Source: Candidatus Electrothrix sp. GW3-4 (GTDB lineage Bacteria > Desulfobacterota > Desulfobulbia > Desulfobulbales > Desulfobulbaceae). Taken from it: a stretch of DNA of 32,000 nucleotides. The notes below the pieces were generated by a model. That model did no database searches. It had not been told where the DNA came from and saw nothing but the letters and a program-made list of their open reading frames with translations. Shown here in pieces: positions 7,870-16,158 of this stretch (the stretch's first letter is position 1; each line of letters begins with the position of its first letter). The DNA lies in the NCBI RefSeq assembly GCF_037902255.1, contig NZ_CP147990.1, positions 300,001-332,000 on the forward strand. Direction: 5' to 3'. Made by a program: the position numbers and the translations under genes.

Positions 7870-9261
7870 ATGTCTCCTGATACGCATAAGATCTCCCTCC
7901 GATTCATTTTTGTTGTCTTTTCTCTTGTCGGAGCTGTTTCGCTGTTGAAGTTTTCTCCGTATTGCGCATCCGTACCAGCCAAGGCTGCTGTTCTTGCTCT
8001 GCTTACCCTTGTTTTTTGGGCAACAGCACTCATCCCCGAGCATCTTACCGCCCTGCTTTTTTTTCTGCTGGCTATGGTTTTTTCCCTGGCCGGGCCCGAA
8101 GTTATCTTTGCAGGTTTTGGCTCTGCAGCAATCTGGCTGATTTTCGGCGGTCTGGTTGTCGGGATAGCAATCTCATCGACCGGATTAGGGGCTCGGATCG
8201 GGCGCTACGCAGCTGTCTGGCTGCATGGCAGTTACCTGAAGATTATCAGCGGCCTTGTTGCCGCAGGCCTGCTGTTCAGTTTCCTGATGCCCTCGGCTAT
8301 GGGCAGAGTTGTCCTGCTGACGCCCATTGCCCTGTCTGTTGCTGATCATTTTGGCTTTAAGGAAGGGGCCAAAGGAAGAACCGGTGTGCTGCTGGCTATT
8401 ATTCTTGGTACCTATATTCCAGCCTTTGGCATCCTGCCTGCCAATGTGCCCAATATGGTGCTCGTCGGTATGGCGGAAACGCAGTATCATCTTTCTATTC
8501 TCTATGGGACCTATCTCTTTCTCCATTTTCCCCTGCTGAGTCTTGTCAAGGCTGTGCTGATTATTGCCCTTCTCCTCTTTTTTTTTCCAGATCAGCCGAA
8601 GGAATTATCTGAGGCAGAAGAGCAGGTGACAGCGAAATTTTCCCGAAACGAGTTGATCCTCTCCCTTGTCTTGGCAGGTATGCTTGGCTTCTGGATAACG
8701 GATTTTTTGCATCATGTCTCCCCTGCCTGGATCGCGCTGGGAGGAGCTCTCATTCTTTTGATGCCTGGCGTAGATATTGTCGGCAAGAAGGCGTTCAATC
8801 AAAAGATCAACTGGGGGGCCATTATTTTTGTTGCCGGTATCCTGGGCGTGGGCGGCATGATCAATCACACCGGTTTAGGGCGTCATATTGCAGACGGAAT
8901 AAGAGGGTTGTTGCCTTTGGGCGAGCAGCAGGATTTCATGAACTATATGTCGATCAGTGTTGCTTCGGCACTCACAGGGATGCTGACTACTCTTCCGGCA
9001 GTGCCCGCCGTCCTGACCCCGCTTGCTGAGAGCTTAGCCCAAGCAACTGGATTGCCGATTCAGACCTTGCTGATGATGCAGGTGGTAGGCTTTTCCACTA
9101 TCATGCTCCCCTATCAGGCACCACCAATTGTTGTGGGCATGCAGCTCTCTGGTGAGAAGCTTGTGAGCGCGGCAAAGGTCTGTTTGGCGCTGGCCCTGAT
9201 AACTGTTTTTTTCCTACTGCCGCTGAATTTTTTCTGGTGGAAACTGCTGGACTGGCTGTAG
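7870..9261 (+). CDS. ArsB/NhaD-superfamily anion permease (SLC13/DASS-like)
   Basis: 463 aa and about 12 TM segments. Internal two-fold pattern with hairpin-like motifs (FLMPSAMGRVVLLTPI; TLPAVPAVLTPL). Substrate unknown and start uncertain. Confidence 0.55.
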   Translation: MSPDTHKISLRFIFVVFSLVGAVSLLKFSPYCASVPAKAAVLALLTLVFWATALIPEHLTALLFFLLAMVFSLAGPEVIFAGFGSAAIWLIFGGLVVGIAISSTGLGARIGRYAAVWLHGSYLKIISGLVAAGLLFSFLMPSAMGRVVLLTPIALSVADHFGFKEGAKGRTGVLLAIILGTYIPAFGILPANVPNMVLVGMAETQYHLSILYGTYLFLHFPLLSLVKAVLIIALLLFFFPDQPKELSEAEEQVTAKFSRNELILSLVLAGMLGFWITDFLHHVSPAWIALGGALILLMPGVDIVGKKAFNQKINWGAIIFVAGILGVGGMINHTGLGRHIADGIRGLLPLGEQQDFMNYMSISVASALTGMLTTLPAVPAVLTPLAESLAQATGLPIQTLLMMQVVGFSTIMLPYQAPPIVVGMQLSGEKLVSAAKVCLALALITVFFLLPLNFFWWKLLDWL

Positions 9262-9310
9262 TGAATGTGATATTTTTTTCGTATTATATCTGTTATGGAT
9301 TTATATGAAA

Positions 9311-9386
9311 GTTGATCAAACGACTCCTTGGAGTCGTTTGATCAACTTTCATGCTTTGTTGTCCCTCCCCAGAGGGGAGGGATGGG
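9311..9386 (+). repeat. Double-hairpin intergenic element, intact copy
   Basis: Hairpin 1 (9311-9346): GTTGATCAAACGACTCC-tt-GGAGTCGTTTGATCAAC, 17-bp perfect arms. Hairpin 2 (9362-9382): TCCCTCCCC-aga-GGGGAGGGA. The block CGACTCC...TCATGCTTTGTTGTCCCTCCCCAGAGGGGAGGGATGGG recurs inverted at 12879-12946. Confidence 0.85.
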
Positions 9387-9473
9387 CGTTATATGGAAAA
9401 ATCTGTTAGCAAGACGAAGTCTTCCCTGGTAGAGGTCTTCATCATGACAATAAAAAAAAGGAGTTACCTGACA

Positions 9474-10052
9474 ATGCGACAAAAGACAACCCTTCTGTTC
9501 ATAGCATCATTATTTTTGCTGCTGACCTTCACCTCGACAAGCTATAGCTGTGTCGGTCGTATCCTGAACCTGACAGTCAACGAATCCCCTGAACAACAGA
9601 TTGTCGCACATATCATGGCAACCTATATCACAGAACGGACAGGGACCACGGTGAATATCGTGAACAGCACTGAAGCCCTGGGGGCAGAATGTCCCACCGA
9701 TATCTGTATCAACTATGTCAACACGGGATTGTCAGGCATGAGTAGTGATAATCAGGGGGGCGATGAGCAGGAAAACTATAGTCTGGTCAAGGAATACTAT
9801 ATTGAGAACGAAAATTTGGTTTGGCTGAAGCCCTTTGGGTATAAGGGGCCGGTGAAGCAGGGTGATGCCTCCTTGGCCGTGCCGGTTGCCAATCGGGAGT
9901 CTTTGGCCAAGTTCCCTGTGCTTGATCGCGTTATCAATAAGCTGGGGGACCTGATTGATGACTCCTCTCTGGAGCAGCTTTTACAGCAGACAGAGAACGG
10001 AGATGCTGAGGGCGTTGCCAAGGATTTTCTCAAGACCAAGAATCTGATCTGA
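9474..10052 (+). CDS. Secreted protein, possibly OpuAC-like (glycine-betaine-type) substrate-binding fold, short form
   Basis: AAGGAG (9458-9463) precedes ATG 9474. Signal MRQKTTLLFIASLFLLLTFTSTSYS. The mature start CVGRILNLTVNESPEQQIVAHIMATYITERTG resembles the N-terminus of OpuAC-family binding proteins. At 192 aa it is too short for a full SBP. The upstream part of the track ORF (9351-) lies inside the hairpin element. Confidence 0.4.
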   Translation: MRQKTTLLFIASLFLLLTFTSTSYSCVGRILNLTVNESPEQQIVAHIMATYITERTGTTVNIVNSTEALGAECPTDICINYVNTGLSGMSSDNQGGDEQENYSLVKEYYIENENLVWLKPFGYKGPVKQGDASLAVPVANRESLAKFPVLDRVINKLGDLIDDSSLEQLLQQTENGDAEGVAKDFLKTKNLI

Positions 10053-10081
10053 GAAAGAACCGTCATTACCAAGAGGAAGAA

Positions 10082-10585
10082 ATGGAAAAAATGCGAAAAC
10101 TCTTTTTTACCCTGCTTGTCCTTCTCGTTTCAGCCGGTTCCGCTGCTGCGCATGGAGGAATTTCCAAGCTTCCGGACTCGGTCCAGGTTATGCAATATGA
10201 AATGTTGCTCTATATGGATGCGAATGACACGGCTACCAGAAACAGTCTGGCTATGGCCTATTTCCGGACCAACAAATTGCAAAAGGCAACAGAGCAGCTT
10301 GAAGAGGTGCTGAAGCTGGATGCGAATAATTTTAATGCCCTTGACGGTATGGGGATTGTCCTGCTGCGGCAAAAGAAAGGGGCTGAGGCGATTAAATACC
10401 TGGAGCGGGCCCTGGTGTTGAATGATAAGGATATGATGGTACATGTTCACCTTTCCCTGGCTCACCAACAGCTTAACCAGCCAGAGCTTGCCAAGAAATC
10501 TTTGGAAACAGCAGAGAAACTCGCTGCAACACCTGAGGCTGCTGATGAAATTCAGAAGGAAATCGAATTAATCAGTAAATCCTAA
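10082..10585 (+). CDS. Periplasmic TPR-repeat protein
   Basis: RBS AAGAGGAAG. Signal MEKMRKLFFTLLVLLVSAGSAAA. Three to four TPR-like units (AMAYFRTNKLQKATEQLEEVLKLDANNFNAL..). Confidence 0.75.
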   Translation: MEKMRKLFFTLLVLLVSAGSAAAHGGISKLPDSVQVMQYEMLLYMDANDTATRNSLAMAYFRTNKLQKATEQLEEVLKLDANNFNALDGMGIVLLRQKKGAEAIKYLERALVLNDKDMMVHVHLSLAHQQLNQPELAKKSLETAEKLAATPEAADEIQKEIELISKS

Positions 10586-10751
10586 CCTTGTCAGAAGCTG
10601 TTCGGCTCACCTGCTTTTTCAAGACCTTTCCGGTCGCATGTATTTCAGCAGATGTGATAAGAGAATGCTCTCTTTATTCGATGCGTTTCCGCCTGAAGAG
10701 AGATGGCATTCTGCGAAAAAATCTATAATTATATTTTTTAGACATAACGAT

Positions 10752-11714
10752 ATGAAAAAAATTGCTTTAAGTATCCTGCTATTCGCTGCCGTGTTGACTC
10801 TCCAGGCATGTAAGACTGACGAGGCGGGCGAGAAGTCCACTGCTGTTTCGGAAAAAAACGAGACGCCTGTAGCTCGTCCGATAAGCAACGAGAAGCCGCT
10901 TCGTTTTGGTTATATGATTTGTGACAGCCGTAAACTGTCTGAGGAACGCTTTTCGCCTTTTACCGCCTATCTTGAGAAAAAGCTCGGCCGCAGGGTGGAG
11001 ATGATTCTTAAAAATACCTTTGAATTCGAAAGCCTGATAAAAAATAACGAGGTTGACTTCTTTCACGTCAATTCCATTGTTGCAGTTCTGCTGAAAGAGA
11101 AATACAAGGCAGACCTGCTGGCCATTGATGTTCGCGGGAGAAACGGATACAAGGCTACCGGCACGATCATTGCCCGTAAGGACAGCGGTATTGAAACCAT
11201 CGAAGATATGCGGGGTAAGTCGATGGTCTTTGGTCCGGCCTTGGCTCCTTTCGGGTATATGGCCCAGTATGCCATGCTGTTGGATAATAAATTTGATCCT
11301 GAAACCGATTTTTCCTCGTACACTATTCCTTCCGGCGCTGCTAAGCATGATAAGGTGATTTACGGTGTGGAATACGGAAAATACGATGTTGGTGCTGCAC
11401 CCCGTATTGATCTGGACCGTCTTGTGGAAGAGAATATAATTAATCTTGATGATTATAATATCATTGCTGAGAGTGATCCCATGCCGTATTGCACCATTGG
11501 TGCCCGCAAAGAGATTGATCCGGCTCTGAAGGAACAGGTCAAAAATATTCTCCTGAACCTGAAGGGTGATGAAATCGCGACAGTGGATGGAGAGACACTC
11601 AAGGTCCTGAAGCGGATGCTTATTGATGGTTTTGCTCCGGTTGTTGATAGCGAGTACGATGCAATCCGGGAGGATCTCAAGCTCTGTAATATGCCTCCAT
11701 ACACCAAGTATTAA
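10752..11714 (+). CDS. PhnD-family (phosphonate/phosphite-type) periplasmic substrate-binding lipoprotein
   Basis: The internal ATG at 10752 gives MKKIALSILLFAAVLTLQAC (lipobox). LRFGYM..., ...FFHVNS..., GKSMVFGP..S.SGY-like segments match the PhnD/PBP2 pattern. No ABC permease or ATPase gene is nearby. Confidence 0.65.
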   Translation: MKKIALSILLFAAVLTLQACKTDEAGEKSTAVSEKNETPVARPISNEKPLRFGYMICDSRKLSEERFSPFTAYLEKKLGRRVEMILKNTFEFESLIKNNEVDFFHVNSIVAVLLKEKYKADLLAIDVRGRNGYKATGTIIARKDSGIETIEDMRGKSMVFGPALAPFGYMAQYAMLLDNKFDPETDFSSYTIPSGAAKHDKVIYGVEYGKYDVGAAPRIDLDRLVEENIINLDDYNIIAESDPMPYCTIGARKEIDPALKEQVKNILLNLKGDEIATVDGETLKVLKRMLIDGFAPVVDSEYDAIREDLKLCNMPPYTKY

Positions 11715-11777
11715 TCATTACGATTTATATATCTTCTACGTAAACGAAACTACTCGAAAATAAGCGAGAATACGCCA

Positions 11778-12746
11778 ATGATAAATAAAAAGATATTTCT
11801 GTCGCTTGCCGGTCTTGCAGCAGTGCTTCTGAGCCTGCAGCCAGGTGTTGCCAAAGAACTGGTTATTGAGAAAGGGGTTATTGACAAGGATACAACCTGG
11901 TCCGGCGAGATCCTGGTGCAAGGCGATGTGGAGGTTGCCAAAGGAGCAACACTCCTGATCATGCCGGGCACCACGGTTCGTTTTGCCAAGATTGAGGCCT
12001 TTGGCCCGGAAAAGATGTACACGGACAAGGATAATCATTTTTCCCGTGCTGAGATCTTTGTTTTGGGTAAGCTGTATGCCCAAGGCACCAAGGAAAAAAA
12101 GATCGTCTTTACCAGTGCTGAGGAAAAGCCAGCTCCTGGAGATTGGGGCGCGATTAACTTTAATGGCACGGTGGATAACCTGCTTGAGTACTGCGAGTTC
12201 ATGTATGCCCAGACCGCTGTGCATTGCCATTCTTCTCAGGTTGCTGTGCTGTACAATACCTTTAAGTATAACGGGACCGCCATGGGCAGCAAAAACCTGC
12301 CTGATGTGCCTGTTCGCTGCGCTATGCCGGTTCTCTATAACCTGGTGACAGAGAACGGCGGCGGGATCATTATCGGCGGTGGAACCGCCTCTCCTGTTGC
12401 CCATAATGAAATCAGTGGCAATGAGTTTTTTGGGGTGTATGTGAAAAAGGGTGGCCGGGCGGCTGTTCGTTTTAATAATATCAATAAAAACGGCAAGGGC
12501 GTGATCTTTTACGCTACCAAAGAGACCCTTTTGCGCGATAATAATATTGCCGATAACCAGAACTACAATATCTCCATGCTGGAAGGACAGGCAGATGATA
12601 TCGTGGCTCGGAATAACTGGTGGGGTATGACGGATGAGAAGAAAATTCGGGAAAAGGTGATGGACAAGGCTCGGGAAGAAACCCTTGGCAAGGTTGACCT
12701 GACGGATTTTTACACCTCCCCTGTGAGTGGAGCCGGTATCCTTTAA
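11778..12746 (+). CDS. Secreted right-handed parallel beta-helix protein (NosD/CASH-like)
   Basis: Signal MINKKIFLSLAGLAAVLLSLQPGVA. Repeated ~22-aa units with N/G-x-I/V patterns (HNEISGNEFFGVYV, FNNINKNGKGVIFY, RDNNIADNQNYNISM). The 356-aa ORF on the opposite strand (11736..12806) is a shadow. Confidence 0.65.
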   Translation: MINKKIFLSLAGLAAVLLSLQPGVAKELVIEKGVIDKDTTWSGEILVQGDVEVAKGATLLIMPGTTVRFAKIEAFGPEKMYTDKDNHFSRAEIFVLGKLYAQGTKEKKIVFTSAEEKPAPGDWGAINFNGTVDNLLEYCEFMYAQTAVHCHSSQVAVLYNTFKYNGTAMGSKNLPDVPVRCAMPVLYNLVTENGGGIIIGGGTASPVAHNEISGNEFFGVYVKKGGRAAVRFNNINKNGKGVIFYATKETLLRDNNIADNQNYNISMLEGQADDIVARNNWWGMTDEKKIREKVMDKAREETLGKVDLTDFYTSPVSGAGIL

Positions 12747-12761
12747 GGAAGAGGGCTGCGT

Positions 12762-12820
12762 AAACAAGATCCGGTTAGAGGTCGCTGAAGCACGGCGTGT
12801 TTTCAACCGGATCTTTGTTT
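12762..12820 (+). terminator. Long-stem hairpin after the beta-helix gene
   Basis: AAACAAGATCCGGTT ... AACCGGATCTTTGTTT. 15-bp arms with one bulged T and a 28-nt loop, ending in a T-rich run. Starts 16 nt after the stop. Confidence 0.5.
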
Positions 12821-12878
12821 CTCACAGAGCTGGGGAGAGCTCTCCTGTGCTTCGCTTTTTTCTTCAATCATGTATATT

Positions 12879-12946
12879 CCCATCCTCTTCTCTGGGGAGG
12901 GACAACAAAGCATGAGAGTTAATCGGACCACTCCAACGAGTCGTCG
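12879..12946 (-). repeat. Double-hairpin intergenic element, decayed inverted copy
   Basis: The reverse complement reads CGACTCGTTGGAGTGGTCCGATTAACTCTCATGCTTTGTTGTCCCTCCCCAGAGAAGAGGATGGG. It is collinear with 9321-9386, but both hairpins carry mismatches. Confidence 0.8.
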
Positions 12947-13095
12947 GTATTTATAAAACTCCCATTCCGGCCTTGCGGGCTGGGACAACAGAATATGAAA
13001 GGTGGGAAACCTGGCTGGTCTGGCTGACTACTTTCATAGAAATCAATTTGTTGATTCTCTCCCTGACAGGAGGGAAGTGCATCTCATGGACAGAC

Positions 13096-13656
13096 ATGGC
13101 TATAAAAGATAAACTTTTCGGCAGTCCTCTGGACAGCTTCACCACTGTTACCCTGGCCTTGCTGCTTGCCATCACTGCGGTGATGTTAATCCAGCACGGG
13201 ACAGCAGCCCGACAGGATGAAGGCGTCACCGTCAGCGCGCAAGAGCAGGCCGAGGAAATGTACCGAAAAAGGTTAGAGCAGGATAAGAAGATCTATAAAG
13301 AGGTCGAACGACTCTTTGGGCAGAGGCAATATAGTGCTGCGCAGGAAACCCTGCAAAAGGTGCAAAAGGAGCATCCTGATAACCCCCGCTTCTTCATCTA
13401 TCAGGCCAGGTTGTACTATAATACCGGTAATATGGTGGGGGCAATTTCCAGCTACCGTCAGGCTGTGGAGAGGGAGCCTGATTTTGTTGATAATAAAACA
13501 CCTCTTTTTATCGGAGATGAAATAATGGACGACCTGATGGCAGCAAAAGAAACATTTGCGCAGGAACTGAAGTCGCGGCCCAAGGATAAAGAGATGAGAA
13601 AGGCTCTTGATGAGCTTCTCTACTTACAACGAAGAGTAGCAGGTGGGTGTGAATAA
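13096..13656 (+). CDS. Membrane-anchored TPR protein
   Basis: The ATG at 13096 gives MAIKDKLFGSPLDSFTTVTLALLLAITAVMLI (one TM), then TPR-like YSAAQETLQKVQKEHPDNPRFFIYQARLYYNTGNMVGAISSYRQAVEREPDF. The stop TAA overlaps the context of the next start (TAAGTG). Start uncertain; the track start at 12973 is less likely. Confidence 0.6.
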   Translation: MAIKDKLFGSPLDSFTTVTLALLLAITAVMLIQHGTAARQDEGVTVSAQEQAEEMYRKRLEQDKKIYKEVERLFGQRQYSAAQETLQKVQKEHPDNPRFFIYQARLYYNTGNMVGAISSYRQAVEREPDFVDNKTPLFIGDEIMDDLMAAKETFAQELKSRPKDKEMRKALDELLYLQRRVAGGCE

Positions 13657-14719
13657 GTGAGTCGATTAAAATTACCAGATATTTCAATTATAACAGGGGG
13701 AGTGCTTGGAGCAGGTGCTGTTCTGCTGACCCTTTTCGGCAACCCTGTGAACTCAGGTATTTGTATTTCATGTTTTTTGGAAAACCTCGCTGGTGCGCTT
13801 CAGCTTCAGGATAGTCTCCGGATGAGCTATATTCGTCCTGAATTGGTTGGCTTTATCCTTGGCTCCTTTGTTATGGCCAAGCAAAACCGTCGCTTTCGGG
13901 TAACCGGGGGCTCGTCTCCCCTTATCCGTTTTCTGCTTGGATTTTTTATGATTGTGGGCTGTGGGGTGTTTATTGGCTGCCCAATCAAAATGATGCTGCG
14001 GCTGGGAGCAGGCGATCTGACAGCGGTTGCAGCCCTGCTCGGTCTGCTCTGCGGTATCTGGCTGGGGGAAATATATCAGGGCGGGCTCTGTGCTGGATCG
14101 GGCACAGAACCTGCCGAGCATCAACGGCTATATTTTGCCCGGTATTGGTTTTCTGTTACTGATCTTTCTCTTTCTCAAACCCTCGTTTATTCTTCAAGGC
14201 TTTTCAGGGCCAGCTGCCCAGCATGCGCCCTTGTGGATCTCTCTGGCTCTCGGTCTGCTGATCGGTGGGCTGGCCCAGCGTTCAGGGCTTTGTATCACAG
14301 GTGGTATTCGGAATTTTTTTCTGTTTCGGGAGAAGACCCTGTTGAGTGGTGTGGTTGCCATCTTTGTCTCCGCCTTGATGGTCTCCTTAATCAGCGGCCA
14401 GTTCAATCTTGGCATGGAGGCCCAGCCCGGTGCCCATCACAGCCATCTCTGGAGTTTTTTGGCCATGGTCCTGGTTGGACTTGCTGCGGTTATTGTCGAT
14501 GGCTGCCCCTTTAGACAGGTTATTAAGGCAGGGGAGGGGGATGTTGATGCGGGAATTACCTGTTTTGGTATGGTGACCGGGGCTGCCATGGTTATTACCT
14601 GGCAGCTGCGCAGTACCTCAGCTGGGCCGGTATTTAACGGAAAGATTGCCACCCTGCTCGGCCTGATTTTCAGTCTGACGGTTATTCTTAGTTACCGCAA
14701 GGCCCGTGTGAAACGATAA
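13657..14719 (+). pseudogene. YedE/YeeE-family (sulfur/selenium transport) membrane protein, interrupted by a +1 frameshift in a G5 run
   Basis: Frame 1 (13657-) reads ...GNPVNSGICISCFLENLAGAL...GCPIKMMLRLGAGDL...LCGIWLG, then turns into Cys/Arg/Trp-rich nonsense. Frame 2 continues from 14069 with KYIRAGSVLDRAQNLPSINGY...GLCITGGIRNFF...DGCPFRQVIKAGEGD to the stop at 14719. Deleting one G of GGGGG (14064-14068) joins them into one 353-aa protein. Confidence 0.75.
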
Positions 14720-14740
14720 AGCGATAAAACGATAAAACCA

Positions 14741-14770
14741 AAAAGAGGTACGGCTTGCCGTACCTCTTTT
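14741..14770. terminator. Bidirectional hairpin terminator between convergent genes
   Basis: AAAAGAGGTACGG-cttg-CCGTACCTCTTTT: perfect 13-bp stem with an A-run and a T-run on either side. Lies between the YedE stop (14719) and the OMP stop (14795). Confidence 0.8.
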
Positions 14771-14794
14771 CCCTGCTGAAGAATTTCCTCTTGC

Positions 14795-15337
14795 TTAAAA
14801 AAGGAAGTTCAGTCCGAGTTTGGCCACCCCGAAGTCGTAATTATAATCTCCTTCAGCACTGGAAATTTCTGATTCCCAGTCTGTATCCAGGAAGGTGTAG
14901 CGGTATTCACCAAAGAGTTCCATGTTGTAGGCAACGGCAAGGTTGAGGCCTGCCCCAATATGGAGTCCTACCGCATCGTCCATATCCATTGTATCCACAT
15001 CAAAGGTGTTGTAGTTCAGCCCAAGGAGGGTATAGCCTTCCAGTTGCGGTCCTAACGGCCCTCTGAAAACAGCGGAAAGACCCAGTGAGGTCAGATCCTG
15101 ATCAAGAGTGGCGCCGTTATCCTCTATTTCATCGCCGACTTGGGTCACGGCGAGTTCAACGGCCATGTACGGGTTGACAGGAAGTTCCAGCTGTCCGCCA
15201 ATTCCCAGCTGAGAGTCTTCAACATCACCGGCGTTTGAAAAGACTCCGTGGATACCGAGCCGAGTGGCCTGGGCCTGGCTTGTTATGCCGCCAGCAAGCA
15301 GGGCGAGTATTCCAGTGTATACAATTCCTCGTTTCAT
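14795..15337 (-). CDS. Small outer-membrane beta-barrel protein (OmpW/OmpA-beta-barrel-like)
   Basis: ATG at 15337 with AGGAG 6 nt upstream. Signal MKRGIVYTGILALLAGGITSQAQA. Alternating amphipathic strands and a C-terminal ...LGLNFLF with terminal Phe. Confidence 0.75.
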   Translation of the reverse strand: MKRGIVYTGILALLAGGITSQAQATRLGIHGVFSNAGDVEDSQLGIGGQLELPVNPYMAVELAVTQVGDEIEDNGATLDQDLTSLGLSAVFRGPLGPQLEGYTLLGLNYNTFDVDTMDMDDAVGLHIGAGLNLAVAYNMELFGEYRYTFLDTDWESEISSAEGDYNYDFGVAKLGLNFLF

Positions 15338-15495
15338 GTGCATCTCCTTTCTTTGTTGTTGGTTATCCGTTGATGGAAGCAAAGAGCGGTCTATTTTCCG
15401 CCTATGTTCAAACATAGCAGGATAACTGCCGCAGCTCAAGAAAAGAACTCTAAGCTCAACTGTTATCGGTTCTTTTTTGGAGAGAAAAGCCTGGC

Positions 15496-16142
15496 TCAGT
15501 GAGCAAATTTTATCGTAACCTGTTTCTTGACCTCCTGGCCTGATGCAATAAAGAGACCGCGAACGGTATATATCCCTTCGGACTGAATAAGGTCTGGCTG
15601 GATGACCCAGGTTTCAGTAAAGGAATGCGGGCTGCCTCCTGGTAGGGCAACCGGGGTCAATGCCTGCAAAAAGACTTGCCATTGCTCCATTGCCATATGC
15701 ATTTATCCTCGAATTCCACAAAAAAGTCATAGATCTGCGAGGTGGGGCATATTCCCTTCCAGATACTTCTATAGGGCCAGGTAACTTCAAGGGTGAGATC
15801 AAAGGGTTTGGGAGAGGGAAAGGGCGGCATCTTGTTCAGCCAGATTTCCTCGGCTTCAGGTTGCAGGATAACCTTGAGGTGATGTCCCTCCATCTCCTCG
15901 TGCTGGCCAGGGGTATAGGGCTTGATCTTGTCGTAGCGCAACTTCCCTCCTGCTATCTCACCACTGACCGTGATTTTGCTCCCCAATGCCTTTTGGAGAG
16001 TCGGATCTTCCGCCCAGAGCTGGGCTTGTTTTTCCAGAGGGATTTCGCTGTAATCGAATTGCTGCAGAAAATAACTTGGCCCTTCTGATTTGCTGCCAAT
16101 CAGGTGGAGTTTGGAAAAGATGAACCCGTGAAACGCACTCAT
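15496..16142 (-). pseudogene. BsuPI-like (intracellular proteinase inhibitor fold) protein, frameshifted in a homopolymer
   Basis: Track ORFs 15657..16142 and 15496..15702 overlap. The first ends ...SQIYDFFVEFEDKCIWQWSNGKSFCRH*. The second carries ...FLQALTPVALPGGSPHSFTETW. Adding one T to TTTTT (complement of A5 at 15668-15672) gives WSNGKSFLQALTPVALPGG, matching the BsuPI motif (YDF.v.d..g..vW.WS.gk.F.qal....l.pG). The family call is from memory. Confidence 0.5.
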
Positions 16143-16158
16143 TACTGCACCTCTCTTT

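Noticed and set aside
9351-9473. Extended N-terminus MLCCPSPEGRDGRYM... of the 9351..10052 ORF, and the twin peptide in 12803..12988(-)
   Set aside because: Both arise from reading through the repeated hairpin element. The real gene has an AAGGAG RBS and a signal peptide starting at 9474.
11736-12806. 356-aa minus-strand ORF, and similar long antisense ORFs (1776..2246+, 5730..6293-, 10779..11348-, 21187..21714-, 3273..3701-)
   Set aside because: Each lies opposite a gene with a signal peptide, an RBS and recognisable motifs. Their translations have no motifs and skewed composition. They are shadow ORFs.
14711-14739. Short CGATAAA-type repeat after the YedE stop
   Set aside because: Only about three imperfect copies, directly preceding a strong terminator hairpin. 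Too small to interpret.
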